Below are positions 9,269 through 18,714 of a DNA stretch of 64,000 nt, piece after piece. Source of the stretch: Candidatus Limnocylindria bacterium (GTDB taxonomy: Bacteria > Methylomirabilota > Methylomirabilia > Rokubacteriales > CSP1-6). The notes beneath the pieces are model-generated. The model saw nothing but the letters and a program-made list of their open reading frames with translations, was not told where the DNA came from and did no database searches. Within the stretch, counting starts at the first letter, position 1; every line of letters starts with the position of its first letter. A program made the position numbers and the translations under genes. Location of the stretch: contig DATLFG010000072.1 of assembly GCA_035524955.1 (NCBI GenBank), positions 66,173 through 130,172 of the forward strand. Reading direction: 5' to 3'.

Positions 9269-9724
9269 CTAGCGGCGGGCGAGGGCCTGCTCGACCTCGT
9301 CGAGGTGCTCCCGCCGGTGCTCGGCGCGTAGCGGGTTGATGGGATGGCCGCCGGCCGCGATTGCGGCCAGTTGTGCTTCCGACAGGCCGGCGACCCGATC
9401 GTCGGCCGCGACAGCGGCGTCGACGGCGATCCGGGCCGCGACGCGAGGGGGCAGGGCGAGGCAGAGTGGCTTGCTGGCGTCGTTGATCCAGTCCACTGCC
9501 GCCTGGTCGTAGGCGGGTGGGGGGGTGCCCAGACCGCCGGCCCAGCGGTCGACCAGCGTGACGATCCGCTGATCCCAGAAGGCCAGGTGCGCGAGCACGC
9601 CGGCCACCGTCCAGCCCGCCTCCATCGGCCCGGTCAGCTCGCGGTCGCGCAGCTTGTCGACGAGGGCCCGGAGCCGCTCGAGCTGCGCTTGGTTCTCGGA
9701 CACGTACGACCGGTCGATTGCCAT
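9269..9724 (-). CDS. DinB/YfiT-like (DinB_2) metal-dependent hydrolase-fold protein
   Basis: MAIDRSYVSENQAQLERLRALVDKLRDRELTGPMEAGWTVAGVLAHLAFWDQ… is DinB_2-like. Internal ATG chosen as the start. Confidence 0.55.
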   Translation of the reverse strand: MAIDRSYVSENQAQLERLRALVDKLRDRELTGPMEAGWTVAGVLAHLAFWDQRIVTLVDRWAGGLGTPPPAYDQAAVDWINDASKPLCLALPPRVAARIAVDAAVAADDRVAGLSEAQLAAIAAGGHPINPLRAEHRREHLDEVEQALARR

Positions 9725-9843
9725 AGAGGTCCTCCTGATCCTGCCGTGATGGCGCCTATATTGCCTCGACACCGGCCGGGCGCGAACGTGAAACGCGCGG
9801 ACGTTGCCACCTCCGCCCGATTCATGCTACACACGCGGGAGCG

Positions 9844-11373
9844 ATGGACGTGCTCGCCGCGCACGCCGCCCGGCATCCCGAGAAGCCCGCTCTCCTCGAA
9901 GACGAGCGCGTCTGGAGCTGGGCCGAGCTCATCGCGCGGCGCAACCGGCTGGGCCATGGCCTCGTCGGACTCGGGCTGCCGCCCGGCGGCCACGTCATCG
10001 TCTACGCGGAGAACTCGCTGGAGCACTACCTGGCCAGCACGGCCGCACGGGCGGCCGGGCTCATCCCCGCGCCCATGAATCACCGGCTGGTGGCCGAGGA
10101 GGTCGTCTACATCCTCGACCACTCCGACGCGGTCGGGGTGCTGGTGAGCGATCGCTTCCTGCCCGTGGTCGAGGCCATCCGCGCCCAGGCCGGGAAGGTG
10201 CGGCAGTGGATCCTGCTCGGAACCCAGCGGCGACCGTGGGGCGTGCACGTGGACGACCTGCTGGCCGCCGGGCGGCCCGATCCGGTGGAGCCGCGGGTGG
10301 GCGAGGGCTTCGGCGCGTCCGTCATCTATACGGGCGGCACCACCGGGAAGCCCAAGGGGGCCCTGCGCCGGGGGATCGATCCGCAAGACCTGATGGACAC
10401 GCTGCGCGCCATGGACCTACTCGACCCGGCCCACGTGCACCTGGTGGCCGGGCCCATGTACCACTCGGCGCCGGGCGGCCTCGCACTCTACACACACCTG
10501 GTCGGCGGCACCGTGGTCATCATGCCGAAGTTCGACCCGGAGCAGGCGCTGGCCCAGATCGAGCGGCACCGCTGCACCAGCACCTTCATGGCCCCGACCC
10601 TCCTCAAGCGCATCGTGGACCTGCCCGCGGCGGCCCGCGGGCGCTACGACGTCTCCTCGATGCGCGCCATCATCATGGCGGCGGCCCCGTGTCCGATGAG
10701 CGTGAAAGAGAGCGTGGTGGCCCACTTCGGGCCCACGCTCTACGAGTTCTACGGCTCGAGCGAGCTCGGGGTGAACACGGTGTTGCGCCCGGAGGACGTG
10801 CTGCGCAAGCCCGGCTCGTGCGGGCGCGCGGCGCCGGGCAGGGAGATCGCGCTGCTCGATGACGACGGGCGCCCGGTGCCGACCGGCGAGCCGGGCGAGC
10901 TCTACGTGCGCCGGTTCCCCGGAATTCTCGACGAGTACTACCGCGATCCCGAGGCCACCGAGAAGATGCGCCGGGGCGACTGGTACACGGTGGGTGACGT
11001 GGCCTACGTGGACGCGGACGGCTTCTACTACATCTGCGACCGCAAGCGCGACATGATCATCTCGGCGGGTGTCAACATCTACCCGGCCGAGATCGAGGAC
11101 GTGCTGCACCGCCACCCCGAGGTGCTCGACGCCGCCGTCTTCGGGGTGCCCGACGACGAGTGGGGCGAGCGCGTGCACGCCGCGGTCCATGTGCGGCCCG
11201 GGCAGCACCTCACCGCGGAAGAGATCACCGCGTTCTGCCGGGAGCACATGGCCGGCTACAAGGTGCCCCGCGAGGTCTCCTTCCACGACGTCTTCCCGCG
11301 CGACGCGGCGGGCAAGCTGCTCAAGCGCCAGCTCCGCGAGCCCTACTGGGCCGGGCGCGCCGCGCGCGTCTGA
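9844..11373 (+). CDS. AMP-dependent synthetase/ligase (acyl-CoA synthetase)
   Basis: AMP-binding motifs IYTGGTTGKPKG and …YGSSELG…, plus a C-terminal …GDWYTVGDVAYVDADGFYYICDRKRDMIISAGVNIYPAEIE…. Confidence 0.85.
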   Translation: MDVLAAHAARHPEKPALLEDERVWSWAELIARRNRLGHGLVGLGLPPGGHVIVYAENSLEHYLASTAARAAGLIPAPMNHRLVAEEVVYILDHSDAVGVLVSDRFLPVVEAIRAQAGKVRQWILLGTQRRPWGVHVDDLLAAGRPDPVEPRVGEGFGASVIYTGGTTGKPKGALRRGIDPQDLMDTLRAMDLLDPAHVHLVAGPMYHSAPGGLALYTHLVGGTVVIMPKFDPEQALAQIERHRCTSTFMAPTLLKRIVDLPAAARGRYDVSSMRAIIMAAAPCPMSVKESVVAHFGPTLYEFYGSSELGVNTVLRPEDVLRKPGSCGRAAPGREIALLDDDGRPVPTGEPGELYVRRFPGILDEYYRDPEATEKMRRGDWYTVGDVAYVDADGFYYICDRKRDMIISAGVNIYPAEIEDVLHRHPEVLDAAVFGVPDDEWGERVHAAVHVRPGQHLTAEEITAFCREHMAGYKVPREVSFHDVFPRDAAGKLLKRQLREPYWAGRAARV

Positions 11374-11384
11374 GTCCTCCACGC

Positions 11385-12977
11385 ATGCGCTTCCGCCTCA
11401 CCGTCAAGATCACGGTCCTGATCATCCTGGTCCTGATCATCGGGTTCGGGGTCGCGACCGTCCTCACCATCAAGCGGGAGAGCGAGCTGCTCGTCGAGCA
11501 GAACAAGATGGCGGCACGCCAGCTCATCGGCACGCTGGTCTCGAGCATCGAGACCGCCATGCTCTCCGAGCGGCCCGACATCACCCGCGGCCTCATCGAC
11601 GATTTGCGCAGTTCAAAATTGGTCCAGGGCCTGGTCGTCTACCGGCGTAATGGCGTGGAGGCCTTCACCGACCTGGCCACGCTCCGGGAGGTGTCGAAGG
11701 AAGCCGACCTCCCCAGTGGCGTGACGGCCTCGATCGAGAAGATGCGCCGCGAGCCGGGGCGCACGATGGCGGGGCCGCTCTTCACGCGGGCGCTCGAGAC
11801 GCTCCAGACCCAGGAAGCGCTCGAGGCGCGCGACGGAGCCGCGGTGTTCACGGTGTACCAGCCGATCCCCAACCGGGAGCGGTGCCAGGGCTGCCACGGC
11901 TCGGACCACACAGTGCGTGCGGTGGTCCAGGCCGCGACCTCGATGGAGCCGGTGCTGGCCGAGGTGCGCAAGCAGCGGAACCGCCAGATCATGATCGGCC
12001 TCATGACCATCGTGGCGGCGGCCGCGGTGCTCGCGGTGGCCATGCGCTACGTCGTGGTCCGGCCGATCCACGAGCTGGCCGCGGTGGCTCGACGCATCGG
12101 CGAGGGCGACTTCGCGGTGCGGGCCCGCGCCGGCTCCAGTGACGAGGTGGCCGAGCTGGGCGGCGCGCTCAACGATATGACCGGCCATCTTGAACGAGCC
12201 CAGCAGAACCTGGCCGCCCGCAATACCGAGCTGGCCACCGCGCTCGAGAATCTGCAGGCATCGCGGCAGCGGCTCGAGGTGCTCGAGCAGCTCAAGGGCG
12301 AGCTCTCCAAGTTCGTGCCCGACGCGGTGAAGGAGCTGCTCGAGCGGGATCCCAGCGCGACCAGCCTCGAGAAGCGGAACGAGGAGGTCTCGGTGCTCTT
12401 CCTCGACATCGCGGGCTACACGCGACTCTCCGAGCAGCTCGAGGCCAAGCGGCTCAACCAGCTCGTGCAGACCTACTTCTCGAGCTTCCTCGAGATCATC
12501 CGCCGGCACCACGGCGACGTGAACGAGACGGCGGGCGACGGGCTCATGGTGATCTTCCAGAAGCAGCCGCGCGGACCCGGTGGCGGTGACGAGGACCACG
12601 CGCTGAACGCGACCCGGGCCGCCTTCGCGATCCGCCAGAAGACGACCGCGCTGAACGAGGAGTATGGGGGGGTCTTCCCGGCCATCGCGCTACACATGGG
12701 GATCAATACCGGGCAGGCGCTGGTGGGCGCCACCAAGCTCGGCGGGGCCGCCTCCCAGCGCTGGACCTTCACCGCCACCGGGCCCACCACCAACATCGCG
12801 GCGCGGTTCGCGGGCGCCGCCGAGGGTGGGGACATCGTGGTGGGGCAGGTGACCGCCGACCGCATCGCCGGGCTCTTCGTGCTGGAATCCCTCGGCGAGC
12901 GCAGCTTCAAGAATGTCTCGCAGCCGCTCCCGATCTACCGGGTGATCCCGCCCGGCGTCTACAGCAAGGTCACGTAG
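11385..12977 (+). CDS. Membrane-bound class III adenylate/guanylate cyclase with a periplasmic sensor domain (carries a CxxCH), a HAMP domain and a CHD cyclase domain
   Basis: TM1 (ITVLIILVLIIGFGV) and a ~190-aa periplasmic domain containing ERCQGCHGSDH. TM2, then HAMP (…RPIHELAAVARRIGEGDFAVRA…), a coiled coil, then CHD (…VSVLFLDIAGYTRLSE…ETAGDGLMVIF…). Confidence 0.8.
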   Translation: MRFRLTVKITVLIILVLIIGFGVATVLTIKRESELLVEQNKMAARQLIGTLVSSIETAMLSERPDITRGLIDDLRSSKLVQGLVVYRRNGVEAFTDLATLREVSKEADLPSGVTASIEKMRREPGRTMAGPLFTRALETLQTQEALEARDGAAVFTVYQPIPNRERCQGCHGSDHTVRAVVQAATSMEPVLAEVRKQRNRQIMIGLMTIVAAAAVLAVAMRYVVVRPIHELAAVARRIGEGDFAVRARAGSSDEVAELGGALNDMTGHLERAQQNLAARNTELATALENLQASRQRLEVLEQLKGELSKFVPDAVKELLERDPSATSLEKRNEEVSVLFLDIAGYTRLSEQLEAKRLNQLVQTYFSSFLEIIRRHHGDVNETAGDGLMVIFQKQPRGPGGGDEDHALNATRAAFAIRQKTTALNEEYGGVFPAIALHMGINTGQALVGATKLGGAASQRWTFTATGPTTNIAARFAGAAEGGDIVVGQVTADRIAGLFVLESLGERSFKNVSQPLPIYRVIPPGVYSKVT

Positions 12978-12989
12978 CTCCCTCGATCC

Positions 12990-13391
12990 CTACGACCCGC
13001 CGCCGCCCCCTCCGCCTTTCCAGTCGAACGAGGTCACGGTGACCCGGTAGGACGCGCCGGCCGCCTTGAGCGGCACCTCGAAGTAGGTGCGAGCGTTGAA
13101 CTGGACGACGCCGTGCACGAAGCCGATCGTCTTCGCGATCACCGCGCCAGAGGCGTCGAGCGTCTCCACCAGCAGACGGACGTCGGCGGCCGCCCGGCCG
13201 TAGTCGTTGTAGACGTAGCCCCGGATCACCGGCTTGCCCCCGCGCCTGGTTCCCGCCTCCCAGTCGAGCCGGATCCGCGGATCGATGCCCGACGGTGCGC
13301 TCACCGCGGCCGCCGGCGGCGTCGGCGTCGCGACCGGGCCCAGGGCCAGGATCGCCGCGCTCGCCAGTACGAGCGCCTTGATGGTCGTCAT
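12990..13391 (-). CDS. Small secreted hypothetical protein with a poly-Gly C-terminus
   Basis: Signal peptide (MTTIKALVLASAAILALGP), a β-rich body and a GGGGGGGS tail. Lies convergent to the cyclase gene. Confidence 0.45.
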   Translation of the reverse strand: MTTIKALVLASAAILALGPVATPTPPAAAVSAPSGIDPRIRLDWEAGTRRGGKPVIRGYVYNDYGRAAADVRLLVETLDASGAVIAKTIGFVHGVVQFNARTYFEVPLKAAGASYRVTVTSFDWKGGGGGGGS

Positions 13392-13448
13392 CGTCGCGTG
13401 CCTCCCGCCCCCTATGATGCGCGGGGGAGGGCCCGGGATGCGGACGAT

Positions 13449-14666
13449 TCAGCCCCGGCCGCCCGCCAGGAGCCGGGCCTCGGGCATGGCCCGCAGCCGC
13501 GCCATGGCGAGCACCCCCAGCGCCGGCCCCACCGCCAGCACCGCGAAGGCCCAGCGCCAGCCGGCCCATGCCGCCACCGGAGGAATCAGCCAGATTGAGA
13601 CCATGGTCAGCGCGAAGCCGAGGCAGGTCTGACTGGTGAGCGCGGTGCCGACATAGGCCGCGGGCGCCAGCTCGGTGACCGCGGTGGAGAACTGGGCCGA
13701 GTCGGCGATCACCGTGACGCCCCAGACCACCGCCACCAGCAAGGTCAGGACGGGTGGCCCGCCGAACGTGAGCCCGATCAGGATGGCGCACAGGCCGGAG
13801 AGCGCCATGGCCGCGATGGTCAGCGTGGTGCGGCCCCAGCGGTCGGCGAGCGCGCCTCCCGCCCAGGCGCCGACGCCCCCGGCCAGCCCCACGCAGACGA
13901 AGGTGGCCGCGCTGGCATTGAGCCCCGCGTAGCTGCCGCCGCCGCGGGCCTCGAGGCTCGCGGCCAGGAACGTCGCCAGCCAGGCCCACATTGCGTAGAG
14001 CTCCCACATGTGACCGAAGTAGCCGAAGCAGGCGAGCCGGGGTCCGCGGTCGCGCAGCACCGCGGCGGCCATGCGCAGGTCGAAGCGGGCCGGCGGAAAG
14101 CGATGCGGGCCCTCGGTGATCAGCGTGACTGCGAGGGCGCCGAGCGTCGCCGCCAGCGAGGCGGCGAGCAGGGTGTGGCGCCAGGGCAGCTCGGTGAGGC
14201 CGCGGATGAGGTGCGGGGCGGCCGAGCCCACCGTGAGCGCGGCCACGAGGAGCCCGATGGCGAGCCCGCGGCCCTCGCGGAACCAGGTGGCCGCGATCTT
14301 CATCGCGGGCGGGTAGGTGCCGGCCAGGCAGATCCCGGTGAGAAAGCGCAGGACGAGCGCGGGGGTCAGGTGCTCGACCCAGAGCGCCAGTATCGCGTTC
14401 GCGACCGCGCCCGCCAGCGCTCCCCACATCATGAGCGCGCGGGCGGGCACGATGTCCGGCAAGTTGGTGAGCGCCGCGGCGAGGGTGCCGGCGATGAAGC
14501 CGGCCTGCACCGCGATGGTCAGGCCCGCGCGCCCGCCGTCGCCCAGGGCCCACTCGCGGGAGAGCGCGGGCAGCACCGCGGAGGCGGTGAACCAGAGCGA
14601 GAGCACGAGCAGCTCGGCCAGCGACAGCAGGCCGAGCACCCTCCAGCGAGCCGATCCCCCGTCCAT
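13449..14666 (-). CDS. MFS transporter
   Basis: 12 predicted TM segments with an MFS-like pattern. Confidence 0.8.
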   Translation of the reverse strand: MDGGSARWRVLGLLSLAELLVLSLWFTASAVLPALSREWALGDGGRAGLTIAVQAGFIAGTLAAALTNLPDIVPARALMMWGALAGAVANAILALWVEHLTPALVLRFLTGICLAGTYPPAMKIAATWFREGRGLAIGLLVAALTVGSAAPHLIRGLTELPWRHTLLAASLAATLGALAVTLITEGPHRFPPARFDLRMAAAVLRDRGPRLACFGYFGHMWELYAMWAWLATFLAASLEARGGGSYAGLNASAATFVCVGLAGGVGAWAGGALADRWGRTTLTIAAMALSGLCAILIGLTFGGPPVLTLLVAVVWGVTVIADSAQFSTAVTELAPAAYVGTALTSQTCLGFALTMVSIWLIPPVAAWAGWRWAFAVLAVGPALGVLAMARLRAMPEARLLAGGRG

Positions 14667-14707
14667 GATCTGAGCATCTAAGCACAGGTCCGCAAGAGGT
14701 GTGCGTG

Positions 14708-14736
14708 TTGACTGAGTACCGATGATCGTCTAGCAT
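14708..14736 (+). promoter_or_regulatory. Candidate sigma70-type promoter (TTGACT-N17-TAGCAT) upstream of the FBPase gene
   Basis: TTGACT at 14708-14713, a 17-nt spacer, and TAGCAT at 14731-14736. The ATG is at 14789. Confidence 0.35.
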
Positions 14737-14788
14737 CATCGCGAGGCGCCCTGCATCGCGCCATCCGACTCCACGACGAGAGGATTCC

Positions 14789-15790
14789 ATGGCCGATTCG
14801 CCGATGACGCTATCGGAACATCTCTCGACCCAGCAGGCCTCTCTCTCGACCGAGCATGCTCGGAACGTGGCGGCTGTCCTCGGCCGGATCGGGCGTGTCG
14901 CCGCGGTGATCGCGCAGGAGCTGGCCCATGCCGCGCTGCGCGACCGGCTCGGCTACGTGGGCGGCGCCAACGCCAGCGGCGACCAGGTCAAGAAGCTCGA
15001 CGTCTGGGGCCACGACACCATGGTGAGCGCGCTCCGGGAGACCGGCGCGTGCGCCGCGCTGATCTCCGAGGAGGCCGCGGAGCCCATCGAGATGGACGCG
15101 GGCGGCACCCACGCCCTCGTGGTCTGCGCGGATCCGGTGGACGGGTCCTCGAATCTCGACGTCAACGGGGCGGTGGGCACGATCTTCTCGCTGCGGCCCT
15201 CGAGGGGGAAGACGCCCGCGGGTCCGGTCGCGCTCGGCCGCGGCACCGATCAGATCGCGGCGGGCTACGTGATGTACGGCCCCGCCGCCATGCTCGTCTA
15301 CACGGTGGGGCAGGGCACGCACGGTTTCACCCTCGCGCCGGAGTCCGGCGAGTTCCTGCTCACGCATCCGGACATGCGGATTCCCCGGCGCGGCAAGGCT
15401 TACGGGATCAACGAGGGCAACGTCCATTCGTGGCACCCCGGCCAGCGCGCCTTCGTCGAGCATCTGAAGACACCGGACAAGGCGGCCGGCCGACCGTACT
15501 CTCTCCGCTACTCGGGGGCGATGGTGGCCGACGTCCACCGCACCCTGCTGGACGGCGGGCTCTTCATGTACCCTGCGGACTGGAGCGACCCGAAGAAGCC
15601 AAAGGCCAAGCTGCGGCTGCTCTACGAGGTCGCGCCGATGGCCCTGATCTGCGAGCAGGCGGGCGGCCGCGCGAGCACCGGGCTCGAGCGCGTGCTCGAT
15701 CTGGTCGCCACCGAATATCATCAGCGAGCGGCGGTCATCCTCGGCAGCACCGAGGACGTCGAGACGGCCGACGCGTTCTACCGTCGCTGA
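14789..15790 (+). CDS. fbp: Fructose-1,6-bisphosphatase class 1
   Basis: FBPase class I motifs (…DPVDGSSNLDVNGAVGTIFS…, …AAGYVMYGPAAMLVYT…, …GKLRLLYEVAPMA…). Confidence 0.9.
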   Translation: MADSPMTLSEHLSTQQASLSTEHARNVAAVLGRIGRVAAVIAQELAHAALRDRLGYVGGANASGDQVKKLDVWGHDTMVSALRETGACAALISEEAAEPIEMDAGGTHALVVCADPVDGSSNLDVNGAVGTIFSLRPSRGKTPAGPVALGRGTDQIAAGYVMYGPAAMLVYTVGQGTHGFTLAPESGEFLLTHPDMRIPRRGKAYGINEGNVHSWHPGQRAFVEHLKTPDKAAGRPYSLRYSGAMVADVHRTLLDGGLFMYPADWSDPKKPKAKLRLLYEVAPMALICEQAGGRASTGLERVLDLVATEYHQRAAVILGSTEDVETADAFYRR

Positions 15791-15821
15791 CCTTCGAGCC
15801 GGGAAAGGAGCGGGCACACCC

Positions 15822-16748
15822 ATGGAATCGCGAGTGAAGGAGATCCTGAGCTGGTACGGCAGCGACAATCCGGGCACGCTCACCAACATCTCCCGGCTCC
15901 TGAATCACGGACGCCTGGCCGGCACCGGGAAGCTGGTCATCCTTCCGGTGGACCAGGGCTTCGAACACGGCCCCGCGCGCAGCTTCGCGGTGAACGCGCC
16001 CGCCTACGACCCGTCGTACCACTTCCGGCTCGCGATCGACGCCGGCTGCAACGCCTACGCGGCGCCGCTCGGCTTCCTGGAGGCGGGCGCCGCCGAGTTC
16101 GCGGGCCAGGTCCCACTCATCCTCAAGATGAACAACCACGACGTGCTCCACGACGAGAAGGACCCGCTGTCCGCGGTGACCGGCTCGGTGAAGGACGCGC
16201 TCCGGCTCGGCTGCGTGGCGGTGGGCTTCACGATTTACCCGGGGTCGTCCCAGGCCCAGATCATGTACCAGCAGTGCCGCGAGATGATCCAGGAGGCCAA
16301 GGCCAGCGGGCTGGCCGCAGTGGTGTGGTCCTACCCGCGCGGGACGGACGTGAGCAAGGCGGGTGAAACGGGGTTGGACGTCGTCGCCTACGCGGCCCAG
16401 ATCGCGGCCCAGCTCGGCGCCCACGTCATCAAGGTGAAGCCGCCCACCGAGCACATCGAGCAGGCCGAGGCCAAGAAGGCCTACGAGAAAGCCAAGGTAC
16501 CGATGGCCACGCTGAGCGAGCGGGTGCGCCACGTGGTGCAGTCCGCCTTCGACGGGCGTCGCATCGTGATCTTCTCGGGCGGGGCCACCAAGGAGAACGA
16601 CGAGGCGATCTTCGACGAGTGCCGCGGCATCCGCGACGGCGGCGGCTTCGGCTCCATCATCGGGCGCAACTCGTTCCAGCGGCCGCGCGACCACGCGCTG
16701 CGGTTCCTGGACACCGTGATGAAGATCTACTCGGGCGAGAAGAAGTAG
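15822..16748 (+). CDS. Class I fructose-bisphosphate aldolase (DhnA/FbaB archaeal type)
   Basis: …GKLVILPVDQGFEHGP… then …HVIKVKPP… and …IFSGGATKENDEAIFDE… are DhnA-family hallmarks. Adjacent to fbp. Confidence 0.8.
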   Translation: MESRVKEILSWYGSDNPGTLTNISRLLNHGRLAGTGKLVILPVDQGFEHGPARSFAVNAPAYDPSYHFRLAIDAGCNAYAAPLGFLEAGAAEFAGQVPLILKMNNHDVLHDEKDPLSAVTGSVKDALRLGCVAVGFTIYPGSSQAQIMYQQCREMIQEAKASGLAAVVWSYPRGTDVSKAGETGLDVVAYAAQIAAQLGAHVIKVKPPTEHIEQAEAKKAYEKAKVPMATLSERVRHVVQSAFDGRRIVIFSGGATKENDEAIFDECRGIRDGGGFGSIIGRNSFQRPRDHALRFLDTVMKIYSGEKK

Positions 16749-16841
16749 CGCCCGCGGAGGTGACCGTCCGCGAGTCCGCCAAGCCTCGAGGACCCGGCCG
16801 CGCTCGGGCCCGGCAACCCCGCCCGGGGGTTGGAGAATTCC

Positions 16842-17366
16842 ATGGCGGCTGGGAAATGGGGCTGGCATATACTCGGGGCCATGGAGCGGCGCACCTCCTG
16901 GTTCCAGCTCGTGGCGGTGATCCTGGTCCTCGTCGGCCTGGTCACGCTGGCCGCGCCGGAGCCCGCGCAGGCGATGGATCCCCAGATGATGCTGGCCTTG
17001 GCCTCCGCGGCGGGAGCCATCGCGCTGATCGTGGGATACCTCATCGTGGCCAATGGCCGCGAGAAGCAGCGCGCCGCGTCACTGGAAGGGATCTACGCCT
17101 GCGGTGACCAGGAGGCCTCGGGCCCGATGGGCTGCGGCACGCCCTCCGGATCCGCCTTCACCGCTGTCGCGGTCGCGCCGGACGGCCCCATGCCGGGCGA
17201 CGGGCGGGTGGCCTCGCGGACCGACGTCCTCGCGGCCGTGACCGATGCGTGCCCGGCCGGCCAGGCCGCGGGTCCGATGGGCTGCGGCGGCCCGACGAGC
17301 CTTGAGCCCGCCGCCTCCGCCGCCTCCGCCCCCGGCACGCTTCCCTCCGCCGTCCAGGGCCAGTAA
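16842..17366 (+). CDS. Hypothetical membrane protein with a repeated Cys-containing GPMGCG motif
   Basis: ATG at 16842 preceded by GGAG. Two TM helices, then ASGPMGCGTPSG … AAGPMGCGGPTS. Codon usage is consistent with the genome. No recognised family. Confidence 0.4.
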   Translation: MAAGKWGWHILGAMERRTSWFQLVAVILVLVGLVTLAAPEPAQAMDPQMMLALASAAGAIALIVGYLIVANGREKQRAASLEGIYACGDQEASGPMGCGTPSGSAFTAVAVAPDGPMPGDGRVASRTDVLAAVTDACPAGQAAGPMGCGGPTSLEPAASAASAPGTLPSAVQGQ

Positions 17367-17385
17367 CGGGGTCCGGGCAAGAAGC

Positions 17386-17419
17386 GACCGGCGGGGGAGA
17401 CCCCGCCGGTCTTGTTTCG
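17386..17419 (+). terminator. Rho-independent terminator candidate
   Basis: GACCGGCGGGG-GAGA-CCCCGCCGGTC perfect 11-bp stem followed by TTGTTTCG. Lies between convergent genes. Confidence 0.5.
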
Positions 17420-17436
17420 CGGATCCGGCTGGCTGC

Positions 17437-18657
17437 CTATTTGCGGAAGGCGTCCAGGACCTCGCCGAAGAGCGCCCACTTCTCGCCGTCGAACTTGGCG
17501 AGCTGCTCCTGCTCGATCGGGGCGTGGTCGGTCGGGCTCGTGTTGACCTTGATGCCGGGCAGCAGCAGGGGGAGCTCGACGTTCTTGAGGTTCGCCGCCT
17601 GCTTGATGATGTTCTCGCGGGAGAGATCGTTGCCGCACTGCTTGATCGTGTGCGCGACCAGGATGGCCACGTTGTACGCGTAGGCGTTGGCCTGGTCGTC
17701 GAGCGCGCCCTCCGGATAGTACTTCTTCATGAAGGCGACCCACTCGAGGAAGCCCTTGTCGTTCTTCCACTGGGGGTCGGTGATCTCCTTCATGTAGAGC
17801 GCGGTGAGCAGGCCTCGGGAGGCCTCGAGGCCGGCCGGCTTCAGCACGGTGCCGAGCGAGCTCGACACGTTGTTCAGGAAGTGCAGCGGCTTCCAGCCGA
17901 TGTCGTTGGACTTCTTGATGGCCTGCACCGCGAACTTCGGGATCGTGACGTTGAAGAACACGTTGGCGCCGCTGTTCTTGAGGTTGACGATCTGGGAGTC
18001 GATCGTGGGGTCGGTCACCTCGTAGCTCTGCTTCAAGACGATCAGCTTCTTGGCCGCGTCGCCGAGCCCGTCCTCGAAGCCCTTGAGGTAGTCCTTGCCG
18101 TAGTCGTCATTCTGGTACAGGATTCCGACCTTCGCGTTGGGCACGTTCTTCAGCACGTACGCCGCGTAGATCCGGCCCTCCGTCTGGTAGTTGGGCTGGT
18201 AGCCCATCGTCCACGGGAAGCTCTTTGGGTCGTTCCACTTGGTGGCCCCGGTGGCCACGAAGATGTGCGGGACCTTTTGCTGATTCACGTACTTGTGAAT
18301 GGCGCTGTTGGGGGGCGTGCCCAGGGTTTGAAAGAGGAACGCGACCTGGTCCTGCTCGACGAGCCGGCGCACCATCTCCACCGTCTTGGGCGGGCTGTAC
18401 TGGTCGTCGTAGGTGATATAGTTGATCTTGCGGCCGTTGATCCCGCCCTCGTCGTTGACCTTCTTGAAGTAGGCGCCGAGGGCCTTGCCGATGGTCCCGT
18501 AGGCGGACGCCGGGCCGCTGTAGGGGTTGGTGTTACCGATCTTGATCTCGGTGGCGGTGACGCCGACCACCGTCTGGGCCGCCGCCGCGCCGGCGCCGGC
18601 CAGGGCGGCCAGGCCGCCCACCAGAAGCAGCGCAATGAACCGCGTGAACAGACTCAT
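17437..18657 (-). CDS. livK: Branched-chain amino-acid ABC transporter substrate-binding protein (LivJ/LivK family)
   Basis: Signal peptide and Leu/Ile/Val-binding-protein-like sequence. Last gene of a livGFHMK-type operon. Confidence 0.85.
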   Translation of the reverse strand: MSLFTRFIALLLVGGLAALAGAGAAAAQTVVGVTATEIKIGNTNPYSGPASAYGTIGKALGAYFKKVNDEGGINGRKINYITYDDQYSPPKTVEMVRRLVEQDQVAFLFQTLGTPPNSAIHKYVNQQKVPHIFVATGATKWNDPKSFPWTMGYQPNYQTEGRIYAAYVLKNVPNAKVGILYQNDDYGKDYLKGFEDGLGDAAKKLIVLKQSYEVTDPTIDSQIVNLKNSGANVFFNVTIPKFAVQAIKKSNDIGWKPLHFLNNVSSSLGTVLKPAGLEASRGLLTALYMKEITDPQWKNDKGFLEWVAFMKKYYPEGALDDQANAYAYNVAILVAHTIKQCGNDLSRENIIKQAANLKNVELPLLLPGIKVNTSPTDHAPIEQEQLAKFDGEKWALFGEVLDAFRK

Positions 18658-18714
18658 GTTCGCCTCCCGTTCAGGTTGAGGGGTGGGACTTCCGGACGGG
18701 CCACCGGCCCCGGC

